64,000 bases of DNA from an uncultured bacterium (GCA_963777505.1 CAVZQN010000008.1:480001-544000); one strand, 5' to 3'. Counted from the first letter of the stretch, positions 38,817 to 51,834 are shown. A program made the numbers and translations. Notes: generated by a model not told the origin, from the sequence alone.

Positions 38817-39260
38817 GCGAGACGCTCGTGCGCAAGGACCAGACGAAAATCGTGCTGCGCGGGCGCAAGGTCGTCGGCGGCTGCGCCGAGGGCGAGGCGA
38901 TCGTCACCCGCGACACGATCTCCGGCTGGGGCGGCATCAACGAGCGCGACGGCACCGTGATCGAGCGCCGGCACGAACTGCGCGGCCAGAGCTTCAAGGA
39001 CAAGGTCCTGGTGTTTCCCGGCGCCAAGGGCTCGTCCGGCTGGTCGGCCTATTTTCACATGGCGCGGCTGAACGGCGCGTCGCCGCGGGCGATGATCTTC
39101 AACAAGATGACGACCAAGGTCGCGCTCGGCGCCGTGGTCACGCACGCGCCGGCGATGACGGAGCTGGATCAGGATCCGCTCGCAGGTGATCGAGACCGGC
39201 GACTGGGTCAAGGTCGATGCCGACAATGGCATCGTCGAAATCACCAAGCGTCGCGGCTGA
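38813..39260 (+). CDS. Aconitase X swivel (small) subunit, DUF126
   Basis: GRKVVGGCAEGEAIVT, ISGWGG, HELRGQS, LVFPGAKGSS, TGDWVKVDADNGIVEI; ATGA overlap with the large subunit; one indel near 39185. Confidence 0.88.
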
Positions 39261-39269
39261 GGCACGGGA

Positions 39270-41021
39270 ATGTCGGAGCAGACGGCAGGCCGGCTGACGG
39301 CGAGGGGACTGGAGGGCCCGCAGCTCACCGATCGCCTGCGGCGCTGCTGCGCGGCCGCAATCTGGCGGTGCTGGCGCTGCTGCTGTTGCTCGGCTTCCTC
39401 ACCGTCTATCCGATGTCGATGCTGCTCTATGGCAGCCTGCACTCGACGCCACCGGGCGCTGCTGGCGTATTCAATCTCGACGGCTACCGGGCAGATCATG
39501 ACCACGCACAATCTGGTCGTGCTGCTCAATACGATCGGCATTTCCTTTGCAAAGACGGTTCCATCGCTCGCCGTCGCCATCTTTCTTGCCTGGATCATCG
39601 CCCGTACCGATACGCCGTATCGCGCCGTGCTCGAGGTGATGATCACGCTGCCCTTCTTCGTGCCGCCGATCCTCACCGCGATGGCCTGGGGCATGCTCGG
39701 CAACGTCCAGGTCGGTCTCATCAACCAGACCTGGAAGGCGATCACCGGTTCCGAGACCTCGCCGATCAACGTCTTTTCCTATGGCGGCGTGATCTGGCAC
39801 ATGTCGCAATACACGACCACGTTCCTGTTCCTGTTTCTGGTCGATGCCTTCCGCGCCATGGATCCCGCGCTCGAAGAGGCAAGCCGGATGTGCGGCGCGT
39901 CGCGCTGGACCACCTTCCGCAGGATCACGCTGTTCCTGCTGCTGCCGGTGCTGACCAGCGGCGTGATGCTGAGCTTCATCCGCGGCATCGAGAGTTTCGA
40001 GTCGCCGCTGTTCTTCGGCACGCCTGCCGGCATCAAGGTCATCTCCACCGAAATCTACGACTCCATCAGCCAGCGCGCGGTGCCGAACTATCAGTCGGCG
40101 ACCGCACTGAGCTTCGTCATCATGGGTCTGATGCTGCTGCTGGTCGTCTGGCAGTGGACGGTGCTGCGCGGCAGGAGTTTCCAGACCGTCACCGGCAAGG
40201 GCTTCAACCCGGGCGTGGTCAAGCTCGGCGCGTGGCGCTGGGCGACGTTTACGTTCTGCCTGCTGTTCTTCTTCGTGACCACGGTGCTGCCGGTCGGCCA
40301 GCTTGTGGCAGGCTCGTTCTTCAAGTTCTTCGGCTTCTACGGCTGGGACAACCTGACGCTCGAGCACTATCGCGCCGTGCTCGGCGACAGCGAATTCTGG
40401 CGCGCGACCAAGAACACCATGGTGCTCGGCCTGGTCGGCGCCACCGCGACGATGGTGCTCGGCAGCATCGTCGCCTACGTCTCCGTGCGCACCACATGGC
40501 GCGGCCGGCGCCTGATCGACGCCATCGCCTGGCTGCCATGGATGATGCCCGGCATCGTGCTGGCAATCGGCTTCCTCTGGGGTTTCGCGATGCTGCCCGC
40601 GGCGATTCCGATCTACGGCACGGTCTGGGCGCTGTTCTTCGCCTATCTCGCGCTCGGCACGCCGGTGTCGGTGCGGGTGATGTCGGGCGCCTACGCGCAG
40701 CTTTCCTTCGATCTTGAGGAATGCTCGCGCGTGCATGGCGCGAACTTCTGGCAGACGCTGACGCGCATTCTGGTGGCGCTGGCCTGGCCGGCGTTCGCGG
40801 TCGGCTGGGTGCTGACGTTCTTCGGCATCATGCGCGAACTGTCGGCCTCGATCATGCTCTACACGACCGGCTCGGAAGTGCTGTCGGTGGTGCTGGTGAA
40901 GCGCTGGGTCAACGGGCTTGCGGAAGAGGTCAGCGTGATCGGCCTGATGATGATGGCGCTGGTGATCGTATTCCGCTGGGTGCAGCTGGTGGTGATCAAG
41001 CGGCGGATCAGTACGCTGTGA
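39270..41021 (+). CDS. ABC permease, duplicated-domain FbpB/ThiP type
   Basis: Two EAA loops (DPALEEASRMCGA, DLEECSRVHGA); about 12 TM helices. Confidence 0.92.
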   Translation: MSEQTAGRLTARGLEGPQLTDRLRRCCAAAIWRCWRCCCCSASSPSIRCRCCSMAACTRRHRALLAYSISTATGQIMTTHNLVVLLNTIGISFAKTVPSLAVAIFLAWIIARTDTPYRAVLEVMITLPFFVPPILTAMAWGMLGNVQVGLINQTWKAITGSETSPINVFSYGGVIWHMSQYTTTFLFLFLVDAFRAMDPALEEASRMCGASRWTTFRRITLFLLLPVLTSGVMLSFIRGIESFESPLFFGTPAGIKVISTEIYDSISQRAVPNYQSATALSFVIMGLMLLLVVWQWTVLRGRSFQTVTGKGFNPGVVKLGAWRWATFTFCLLFFFVTTVLPVGQLVAGSFFKFFGFYGWDNLTLEHYRAVLGDSEFWRATKNTMVLGLVGATATMVLGSIVAYVSVRTTWRGRRLIDAIAWLPWMMPGIVLAIGFLWGFAMLPAAIPIYGTVWALFFAYLALGTPVSVRVMSGAYAQLSFDLEECSRVHGANFWQTLTRILVALAWPAFAVGWVLTFFGIMRELSASIMLYTTGSEVLSVVLVKRWVNGLAEEVSVIGLMMMALVIVFRWVQLVVIKRRISTL

Positions 41022-41053
41022 CGAAACAACAAGGGAAGAAACGGGAGGACAAC

Positions 41054-42077
41054 ATGTTCGGCAAGACTCTTCAAGGTGGCGGCCATTGCCGCGGCTATCG
41101 CGGCCTCGGTGATCGGCGTCGCGCGTGCGGCCGATCAGGACATGCCGGCCGACGTCGTCGCGGCGGCGAAGAAGGAGGGCAAGGTCGCCTTCTACACCTC
41201 GTTCCTGGGCGCGAAGGCGCATCTCGACATCATCAAGAGCTTCGAGGCCAAGTACGGCATCACCGTCGAATTGCTCGACGTGCGCGCCAGCGACATGACC
41301 GAGCGCATCCGCACCGAGCAGACCTCGAAGCGCTATATCGCCGACGTCGTGCAGAACGGCGCGGCGAGCCTCGTGCGGCAGCAGCGCCAGGGCTACATCC
41401 AGAACGCATGGCGGCATCCCCAACGCGAAGAATCTGCTCAAGGATCACCAGGCCAGCGACTTCGGCGTGCCGACCTACATTCTCGGCTACGGCATCCTGA
41501 TCAACACCAATGCGGTCAAGGGCGCCGACGTGCCGAAATCCTGGCAGGACATCAAGGACCCGAAGTGGAAGGGCAAGATCATCTCCGACGATCCGCGCGC
41601 GCTGGGCGGCGGCAACGTGATGTTCTCCGCCTTCCAGGACAAGCTCGGCGACGCCTACAACACCGCACTCTCGCAGCAGGGCTGGTGCTGAGCCGCGACG
41701 TCGGCAATGACGAGCGCCGTGTCGCCCGCGGCGAGTATCCGATGCGCATTCCGCAGCTGTTCTCGAACTGGCTGGCGCTGAAGTCGCTGCCGGTGAAGTT
41801 CATCGCGCCGGAAGAGGGCCTGCCCTACATCCGCTTCGATTTCGGCATCCTGACCGGCGCGCCGCATCCGAACGCCGCGCGCCTGTTCATCAACCACTAC
41901 CTCAGCGAGCAGGTGCAGACGGCCTACGCGGTTGCGGGACTGATACCGACCGTCGACGGCATTCTCGACAAGGCGGGCGAGGCGGGTGCCGAACTGAAGG
42001 GCATCAAGCTGCTCGGCACCACCGATGTGGACCGGCAGGATACGATGCTCGATCGCGCCAAGCAACTCTATCCGTGA
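41054..42077 (+). CDS. ABC substrate-binding protein (Fe3+/polyamine-like class), frameshifted
   Basis: Signal peptide, AAKKEGKVAFYTS, FEAKYGITVE, PKSWQDI.DPKWKGKI, APHPNAARLFI. Confidence 0.88.
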
Positions 42078-42099
42078 TCTGAAAGGCTGCGAGTAATCG

Positions 42100-43201
42100 A
42101 TGACTGCTGTTCTGCTCGAAAACGTCAGCCGCGCCTTCGGCACGGCGCTTGCGGTGGATCGGGTCAACCTGAAGGTCGAGGCGGGCGAGTTCCTGACGCT
42201 GCTCGGCCCGTCCGGCTGCGGCAAGACCACCACGCTGCGCATGATCGCGGGGCTGGAGCAGAACACGACCGGGCGCATCACCATCGGCGACGCGGTCGTC
42301 AGCGACGCCGATCGCTCGATCTTCGTGGCGGCGGAGCGCCGCCGCCTCGGCATGGTGTTCCAGTCCTACGCGATCTGGCCGCACATGACGGTGTTCGACA
42401 ACGTCGCCTATCCCTTGCGCATCCGCCGCCGCCCGCGGCCGAGATCAAGGAGCGGGTGATGAAGACGCTCGGTCTCGTCGAGATGGAGCAGCTACGCCGA
42501 GCGTCCGGCGCCGGCGCTGTCGGGCGGCCAGCAGCAGCGCGTCGCCATTGCGCGCGCGCTGGTGTTCGAGCCCGAGGTGCTGCTGCTCGACGAGCCGCTG
42601 TCGAACCTCGATGCGCGGCTGCGGACGCAGATGGGCGACGAATTCCGCAAGCTGCAGAAGCGGCTCGGCATCACCAGCCTTTACGTCACGCACGATCAGG
42701 AAGAGGCGATGGCGCTGTCCGACCGCGTGGTGGTGATGCAGGGCGGCAAGATCCTGCAGGTCGGCTCGCCGGAAGAAATCTATCAGCGGCCCGGCAGCCG
42801 CAGCGTCGCCGCCTTCTTCGGTTCGCCCAACCTGCTCGACGCCGAGGTGACGGCGAGCCAGCCGGCGGAGGCCGGCTACTTCCGCCTCGACGTCGCCGGC
42901 AAGGACTGGCGCGGCCAGTGCCGCGCGGCCGCGCGTCTTTCGCCCGGCACGCGTGTCGGCGTGCTGGTGCGGCCGGAGACGATTTCGCTGTCGTCGAACG
43001 GCGCGGCCGGCGACGGCCGATGCCATCCGCTGGACGGGCAAGGTGAAGGACATGATTTTCCGCGGCTCGCGCCGTTCGATCGCGGTGGAGACGGCGGCGC
43101 AAACGCTGCGCGTCGAGGCGCCGTCGCAGCAGCCGGTTGCGGTCGGCGATACCGTCACGCTGACGACGCCGGCGAACACCGCCTGGGCGATCGAAGGCTG
43201 A
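42100..43201 (+). CDS. ABC ATP-binding protein (PotA/FbpC type, C-terminal TOBE), frameshifted
   Basis: [51 protein letters not shown]. Confidence 0.92.
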
Positions 43202-43203
43202 AG

Positions 43204-44876
43204 ATGGCCAGAAAGCTTCGCAGCAACGCGGAATACGGCAATGCGCGCTGGGCGACGCGGCGCGCGCTGTGGCGCGCGCTCGGCCTGACGGACGCGGACT
43301 TCGACAAGCCGAAGATCGCGGTGGTGAATTCATCGTCCGATCTGGCGATCTGCTACTCCCATCTCGACGGCATTGCCAAGCGCATGAAGGAGGCGATCCG
43401 CGCCGCCGGCGCCGTCGCCTTCGAGGTGCGCACCACCGCGCCGGCCGACTTCGTCACCTCGTGGGGCCATCGCGGCGGCTACATCCTCTCCGCGCGCGAC
43501 CTGATCACCAACGACATCGAGGCGCAGGTCGAGGGCGCGCTGCTCGACGGCATGGTCTGCCTCGCCTCCTGCGACAAGACCCCGCCCGGCCAGCTGATGG
43601 CCGCGGGACGGCTGAACATCCCGACGCTGATCTTCTGCTGCGGCTACCAGCCGAGCGGCCAGCACAAGGGCCATCTCTGCGACATCGAGGACGTGTTCGC
43701 GACCGCCGGCGGGCTGGCCTTCGGCAAGGTCTCGATCGACGAGATCAAGGAGATGAGCGACGTCGCCATCCAGGGGCCCGGCGTCTGCGCCGGCATGGGC
43801 ACGGCCAACACGCTGCATGCCGCCTGCGAGGCGCTCGGCATGTCGCTGCCCGGCTCGACGCCGATCCTCGCCAACAGCGACAGGATGTGGGAGTTCGTCG
43901 AACAGGCGGGCAGGCGCATCGTCGCGATGATCGACGAGGACCTGAAGCCGCGCGACATTCTCACGACCGAGGCGTTCGAGAACGCGGTGATGGTCATGCT
44001 CTGCGTCAGCGGCTCGATCAACTCGGCCAAGCATCTGGCGGCGGTCGCGCAGGAGGCCGGCTGCGACGTCGACGTCTACAAGCTGTTCGAAAAATATGCC
44101 GACGTCATTCCGCTGCTGACCGCGGTGCGTCCGAACGGCGACGCCACCACCGAAGCCTTCGAGGCGGCCGGCGGCACGCAGGGCGTGATGAAGCAGCTGC
44201 AGCAGTTCATGAAGACCGGCGCGCGGACCGTCACCGGCAAGACGCTGGCCGAGAATCTCGCGAGCTTCAAGGTGACGGACGAGGAGACCATCCGTCCGGT
44301 CTCGCGTCCGCTCGGCAAGCATCCGACCATCGTCATGCTGCGCGGCAGCCTCTCGCCGGAAACCAGCATCGTCAAACTCAGCGTCACCGAGCAGCGCAAT
44401 CTGCAGCTGCGCGGCCCCGCGGTCGTGTTCGAGAACGCGCTCGACGCCATCAACGGCATCCAGGACGGCAAGGTCAGCGCCGGCCAGGTGGTCGTCGTGC
44501 GCGGCCTCGGCCCGAGGGGAACGCCCGGCATGGGCGTCGCGTCGGCGGTGGTCTTCGCCGTGCTCGGCGCGGGGCTCGCCGGCAAGGTCGCCGTCGTCAC
44601 CGATGGTCAGCTTTCGGGCCTCACCAATGTCGGCATCACCGTCGCCGAGGTTGCGCCCGAAGCGGCGGCCGGCGGTCCGATCGGCCTGGTCGAGAACGGC
44701 GACATCATCGCCATCGACGTCGAGAAGCGGACGGCCGATCTTGAAGTCTCCGAGCCGAAGCTCGCGCGCCGTCGCAGGAACATGACGCGCTGGGACAAGA
44801 CCGACGAGCGCGGCTGGCTGGCCATGTACCGCGAACTGGTCGAGCCGGTCGGCAAAGGCCGATTCTCCGGCGTTGA
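43204..44876 (+). CDS. IlvD/Edd family dehydratase, divergent
   Basis: [71 protein letters not shown]; the true end is probably GKGAILRR* at 44876 after a 1-nt indel. Confidence 0.88.
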
Positions 44877-45013
44877 GCGCGCCTCTCGCTTGCGGGACGA
44901 CAGCGTTAACGGTGCGTCAATAAACGCGGTTACCAAAGCCTGAAAATCATCGGACAATTTTAAGGACTTCACCGCACTGTGGTTGCAGCACTGCCGGTGC
45001 GCGTGGTGTCGTG

Positions 45014-46730
45014 ATGCGAGTTCCCGTTGCAGCTGCTTTAGTTCTCGTTGCCGGGCTCGGAACGGCGGGCGCGGCCGATCCGCCCGTGTTCATTCCGCGC
45101 GAGCGTGCCACCGCCAGCAGGTCTGGACCTGGACCGGGTTCTACGGCGGCACCCACAGCGGCGGCGGCTTCGGTCTCACGCAACTTCAGGGGCGCAGGGC
45201 CGTCGATCTACGGCGACACCGTCCGCAGCCCGATGGCGATTGGCGGGGCGCAGCTCGGCTACAACTGGCAGATGCCCGGCACAGCTTTCGTGTTCGGCGT
45301 CGAAGCCGACGCCAGCATCCTCACGTCCGACGGAACCAACACCTGCCTCGCGTCGTCCGGCTCGATCCTCTCGGCGAACTGCCGGGTCAGCCAGACGTTT
45401 CGCCGGCAGCGTCACCGGACGCGCGGGATACGCAGCCGGGGCTGGCGGGCGCACGCTGCTGTTCGTCAAGGGCGGCGGGGCTGCGCTGCATGAGACGATC
45501 GATATTACCACCAATGGCGGTCCGTACCCGCCGATCACGACGGCCACGACGGGCACGCGGTTCGGCTGGACGGCGGGCGCAGGCGTCGAGCGTGCGCTGA
45601 CGCCGACCTGGTCGCTGAAGTTCGAATACGACTACATCGGACTTCGGCGGCGCGGAGATCGCGACCCCGGTGACGTTCCGGCAAGCTGGTCCCGCTTGCA
45701 AATGCCTACGTCGCGCTGCCCGGCGGCACCGTCGACGCGCGGCAGAGCATGCACGCGATCAAACTCGGCGTGAACGCGAAACTCGGCGAGGATTCGCGCG
45801 CCATCTGGCGTCCCTTCGACGGCGACTATCGCCTGCGTGGCGCGACGGAGGACGTGCGTCTCGGCGGTCGAGGTCGAGATCGGCACGCGCGCTTGGTACA
45901 GCTTTGGCCGTCATCAGAAAGACCTTGGCGGCTCGACGCTGCCGTTCGACCAGAATTTCCTCGTGTCGCGGCTGACCTACGACAGCAGCGCCTGGTCCGG
46001 TGAGGCGTTCGGCCGCGTCGATACGACTGAAGGCGTGTTCGTCAAAGGATTTGCCGGCGGCGGCAGGCTGGTCTCCGGCAAGATGCACGACGAAGACTGG
46101 CTGCTCGCCGGCAACACCATTCCGTATTCGAACACGCTGTCCGATCCGGTCAAGGGTTCGCTTGGCTACGCGGCGCTCGACGTCGGCTACGCGATGTTCA
46201 GGGGTCCGAGCGCAAAGGTCGGCGGCTTCTCGGCTACAGCCTACCTCAGCGACAGCTATTCCGCCTTCGGCTGTTCGCAGATCGTCCTGCCGAACGCTGG
46301 TGTGCGCGCCGGCGATGCCGAACACGACTCTCGTGATCACGCAGGACAATGTGTGGCACGCGGCCCGCGTCGGCCTCAGCGGCGTGGCTACACTTGGCGG
46401 CGGACTCACGCTGCAGCGGTCGATGCCGCATGGCTGCCGCTGGTGAGCTTTCGCGGCGTGGACAATCATGTGCTGCGCACCGACGTCGCCGACACGGTAT
46501 CGAAGGAAAGCGGCAAGGGGCAGGGCGTCCAGCTCGAAGCCCTGGTTTCCTACGCCTTCGACCCGTCGTTCAGCGTCGGCGCCGGCGGACGCTACTGGTC
46601 GATGTGGACGGACACGGACGCCTTGGTCAACATCTTCGGAACGGCGTGTCCCTGCCAGACGCTGCCGTCGCGGACCGAGCGCTACGGCGCATTCGTGCAG
46701 GCTGCGTACAGGTTCGGCGTGCCGAAATAG
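45014..46730 (+). CDS. Outer-membrane protein: Omp25/RopB-like barrel fused to an omptin-like barrel, frameshifted
   Basis: Signal peptide, WTWTGFYGG.H.GGG, QLGYNWQ, GWTAGAGVE, WSLKFEYDY; second domain EIGTRAWYS, SRLTY, GKMHDEDW, GVQLE, GGRYW, AYRF. Confidence 0.8.
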
Positions 46731-46827
46731 CCTTTTGCCGGAGCCGCCGCTGGCGCTTGCTGTTGCTTGTTCCGCGCGCATCGCCGATCATTGTGCCGCA
46801 ATCGAACTGGCAGCGATGCGAGGCGGA

Positions 46828-48101
<1,274 letters not shown>

Positions 48102-48228
48102 TGTTTTATGAATTCGGTAATTAATTTGAAACCATAGGCATGCAGGCGCCGAAACGTTAACTCAGCGGTTGGCGATCCGCCTTAAGCATGAGGTCCGCAC
48201 CAGGGGATTTGGGATCAGGAGCTCGAGC

Positions 48229-49232
48229 ATGGCGGATGACCCGCACGCAGGCGCGCGCCGCGCGAAGACCCCGCCGTTCCTGCTCTACGGCGTGCTGCTG
48301 TTCTGCTTCGGCATCGCGGTCTATCTGTTCGGCGTGCTGCTGGTGTTTCCGCGCTATCTGTTGGGTCTGCGCGAACTGCTCGATCCGGTCGCCGAATGGC
48401 TCGTCTGGTACAGCGGCGTGCCGATCGTGCCGGGCTCGCGCTCGCGCTGTTCGACCTGCTGGTGCTGTTTCATCGCAAGAAGCCGAACGTGCCGGTCCGC
48501 TACGAGCCGGTGCGCCGCCGGCGCGTCACCGTCGCGCTGACCGCCTACAACGACGAAGAAAGCATCGCCAGCGCGGTGAAGGACTTTCTCGCGCATCCGC
48601 TGGTCGAGCGCGTCATCGTCGTCAGCAACAACTCGAAGGACCGCACCTTCGAGCGCGCCGAAGGCGCCGGCGCCATCACGTTCAACGAGGTCGCGCCCGG
48701 CTACGGCCGCTGCGTCTTCCGCTGCCTGACCGAGGCCGTGCGCTTCGACGACACCGAGTTCGTCGTGCTGTGCGAGGGCGACCGGACCTTCCGCGCCTAT
48801 GACATCGAGAAGCTGCTCGCCTATGCGCCGCATGCCGACATCGTCAACGGCACGCGCACCGTCGAGCCGCTGCGGCAGTATCTGACCCAGCTCACCACCT
48901 TCATGTACTACGGCAACATCTTCGTCGGCAAGCTGCTCGAGGCCAAGCATCTCGGCCGCGGCACGATCACCGACGTCGGAACCACCTACAAGCTGTGCCG
49001 GCGCGAGGCTCTGATGCCGCTGCTCGGCAAGCTGAAGCCGTCGGTCAATCTCGAGTTCAACGCGCATTTCCTCGACACCGCGCTCGACAACGACCTCGTC
49101 CTGCTCGAGTGCCCGATCACGTTCCACCCGCGCGTCGGTCTGAGCAAGGGCGGCAACGTCAACAACTGGCGCGGCCTGCAGGTGGGCGTGCGGATGATCG
49201 TCGGTCTGTTCGGAGACTGGCGCTACGCATGA
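48229..49232 (+). CDS. Glycosyltransferase family 2 with N-terminal TM helices (one frameshift)
   Basis: ALTAYNDEESI, VVSNNSKDRT, GYG, CEGD in place of DxD, IVNGTR, RVGLSKG. Confidence 0.85.
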
Positions 49233-49865
49233 GCGGTTACCACGCGTCGCGGCTGACCGAGGACCCCAGGCGCGGCAGTGTCTGGCGTGCGCTGTGGCGC
49301 TATTACTTTTCGCGATCGTATCGGCAGGGACGATTGCGTGCTCGATCTCGGCGCGGCTACGGCGACTTCATCAACAACGTGGTCGCGCGCCGCCGCATCG
49401 CCGTCGACATCTGGGATGGCGTGCGCGAGCACCTTGCGCCCGGTGTGGAGGCGATCGTCGGACCGGTGCATGAGCTGGACGCGATCGCCGACAGCGCGTC
49501 GACTACGCGTTCGCATCGAACGTGTTCGAACACATCCCGCAGGAGATGCTGGTCAAGGTACTGGCTGCGCTGAAACGCACATTCTCGGCGCGCGGACGGC
49601 TGACCATCCTCCAGCCCAATTACCGCTACGCCTTTCGCGAGTATTTCGACGACTACACCCATGTCTCGGTCTACTCGCACATCAGCCTCCCCGATTTCCT
49701 GCGCGCCAACGGCTGGGAGGTGCTCGAGGTTCGGCCGCGCTTCCTGCCGCTGACGGTCAAGTCGCGCCTGCCGATCTGGTCGATCCTGATTGCGGCCTAT
49801 CTCAAATCGCCCTTCAAGCCGATGGGCAAGCAGATGCTCGTCGTCGCGCGCCCGGTCCGCCGTGA
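49229..49865 (+). CDS. Class I SAM-dependent methyltransferase, frameshifted
   Basis: VLDLG(A)GYGDFIN, FASNVFEH, QPNY...YFDDYTH; ATGA overlap with the GT2 gene. Confidence 0.82.
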
Positions 49866-51425
49866 TCGACATCCTGGTCTGGGATCGCGGGGCACGCGAT
49901 CAGAGTTCGCCTTCAGCAAGGCGTCATCGCGCTCGCTGCGATCGTTGCGGTGTTGCTGCTGCGAAATCTCGGCACGCTGCTCGTTTTTTCGTTCAATGCG
50001 CTGTCTTACCCCTACAGCCTCGACTATGGCGAAGGCATCGTCTGGCAGCAGATGCGCGACATGCTGCAGGGGACCGCTTATGGTCCCCTCGAGGTCTATC
50101 CGGCAATCGTCTATCACTATCCTCCGGTCTTCCACCTGGTCGCCGGGGCAACTGCGGCGATCAGCGGTGCCGATCAACTGGCGGCGGGCCGCGCAGTCGA
50201 AGTCGTTTCGTCGTTCGGTGACCGCGGTTCTCATCACGAGCCTGACCATGCTGGCGATTGGGACGGGAGTACTCCGTTGGGATCAGAACCACTTGCGGTA
50301 TCGTTGCGGCACTGATGTTCCTGAGTTGCGGCCCGGTTATCGCTTGGACACCGCTGATGCGCGTGGACATGTTGGCAAACGCGCTTGGCTTGCTCGGCCT
50401 CGTGTTCGCCATCCGCGCGATCGATCGTCCGGCCTGGATTTACGCTGCATCGGTCGCGTTCGTGTTGTCTCTTTACACCAAGCAGATCGGGATCGCTGCA
50501 CCGATGGCGGCCTTTGCTGTTCTGCTGCTGGTCGACCGGAAGACAGCCTTGCGTGGGCTTGCGGCTTCGACCCTGCTTGGGCTGATTATCCTGGGTACGC
50601 TGACGTGGCTGACCGATGGCGGGTTCGTCCGCCACATCTTCATGTACAACGTGAACCGGCTCGATCTTATCCCGGCTTGTCTACCTGGCAACCGGGGTAG
50701 GCAGCCATCTGCCGCTTGTCTTGCTGGCATGGCAGGCACGTTCTACAGCTGGCAGGTTGTGTCAGGGCAGGCGGGACCGTAGCCCTGCAATCGGTTCGCG
50801 CGTTGAAGGGTGATCGCACCGCCATTGCGTCGCTCGTTCTTCTTGCTCTCCTCGCTATCAGGACGTTGATGCTGCCGGCTATTCTGAAGTCGGGTTCTAA
50901 CCACAACTACTTGATTGAATGGCTGTCGGTGCTGGCGATCTTTGCCGGCATCGCGATGAACCAGGTGATTGCACTGGCGTTTGGAAGGTCCGCACGACTC
51001 GGAAAGGCGCCCCTGCTGCTTTCTCTTGCGGCAACTGTCGCGTTCATGCCGCTGCTGCTTGGCCGGGAAATCAGTGCTCGGCAGAATGGACTGACCGAGC
51101 AGCGGAATTGACGCCGCTCGTGGAGCGAATCGCGGCAGCGCGCAAGCCCGTGATTGCCGACGATATGACGCTTCTCATCCGTGCCGGCCGGAGGGTCGAT
51201 TGGGAGCCTGCGATCGCAGCCGAGCTTGCGCATACTGGCCTGTACGATGAAGCTGCATTCGCCAACTTGATCCGTGCCGGCCATTTCGCCTTCTTCGTTA
51301 CCGAAGAGAGGATGGGGACCAAGGTGTTTAACGAGCGCTACAACGACGCGGTCGCCACCGCCATCAAGGACCTCTATCCGCGTCAGGAGGACGTTGGCGG
51401 AGACACCTTGCACCTGCCGCGGTAG
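49862..51425 (+). CDS. Polytopic membrane protein, GT-C (ArnT/PMT-like) glycosyltransferase candidate, frameshifted
   Basis: PYSLDYGEG, YHYPP, AGR, RVDMLA, YTKQ, GSNHNYLIE motifs among many TM segments. Confidence 0.65.
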
Positions 51426-51504
51426 TGGTTGATCGCGAGCACAGTCGCGCCCACTGTCCGAATTGTTCAAGCAACCGGCTTGCGAAGGCGCTAGAGTTGT
51501 GCGC

Positions 51505-51834
51505 ATGGCATCGCAGCAACGCACCACGGATTACATCGTCGAGCAGATTGCGACAGCGGGGAGCGTGTCTGCGCGCAAGATGTTCGGTGAGTACGGAATT
51601 TATTGCGACGGCAAGTTGGTGGCGCTCGTGTGCGACGACCAATTGTTCGTCAAGCCGACCAAGGCCGGTCGTGCGCACATCGGCAAGGTCCGTGAAGCGC
51701 CGCCGTATCCGGGAGCCAAACCCTGCTTCCTCATTTCTGGCGATTTATGGGATGATGCTGACTGGATGGCAAAGCTTGTCAGGATCTCGGCGGCGGAACT
51801 GCCCGCACCGGTCAAGAAGCGCAAGGCAAAATAA
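51505..51834 (+). CDS. TfoX/Sxy N-terminal domain protein
   Basis: RKMFGEYGIYCDGKLVALVCDDQLFVKPT, PPYPGAK. Confidence 0.9.
   Translation: MASQQRTTDYIVEQIATAGSVSARKMFGEYGIYCDGKLVALVCDDQLFVKPTKAGRAHIGKVREAPPYPGAKPCFLISGDLWDDADWMAKLVRISAAELPAPVKKRKAK

Noticed and set aside
42562-44943. Apparent ABC ATPase - IlvD fusion (793 aa)
   Set aside because: An indel near 43020 shifts the frame. The TOBE tail continues in another frame to a stop at 43201, and the dehydratase has its own ATG at 43204.
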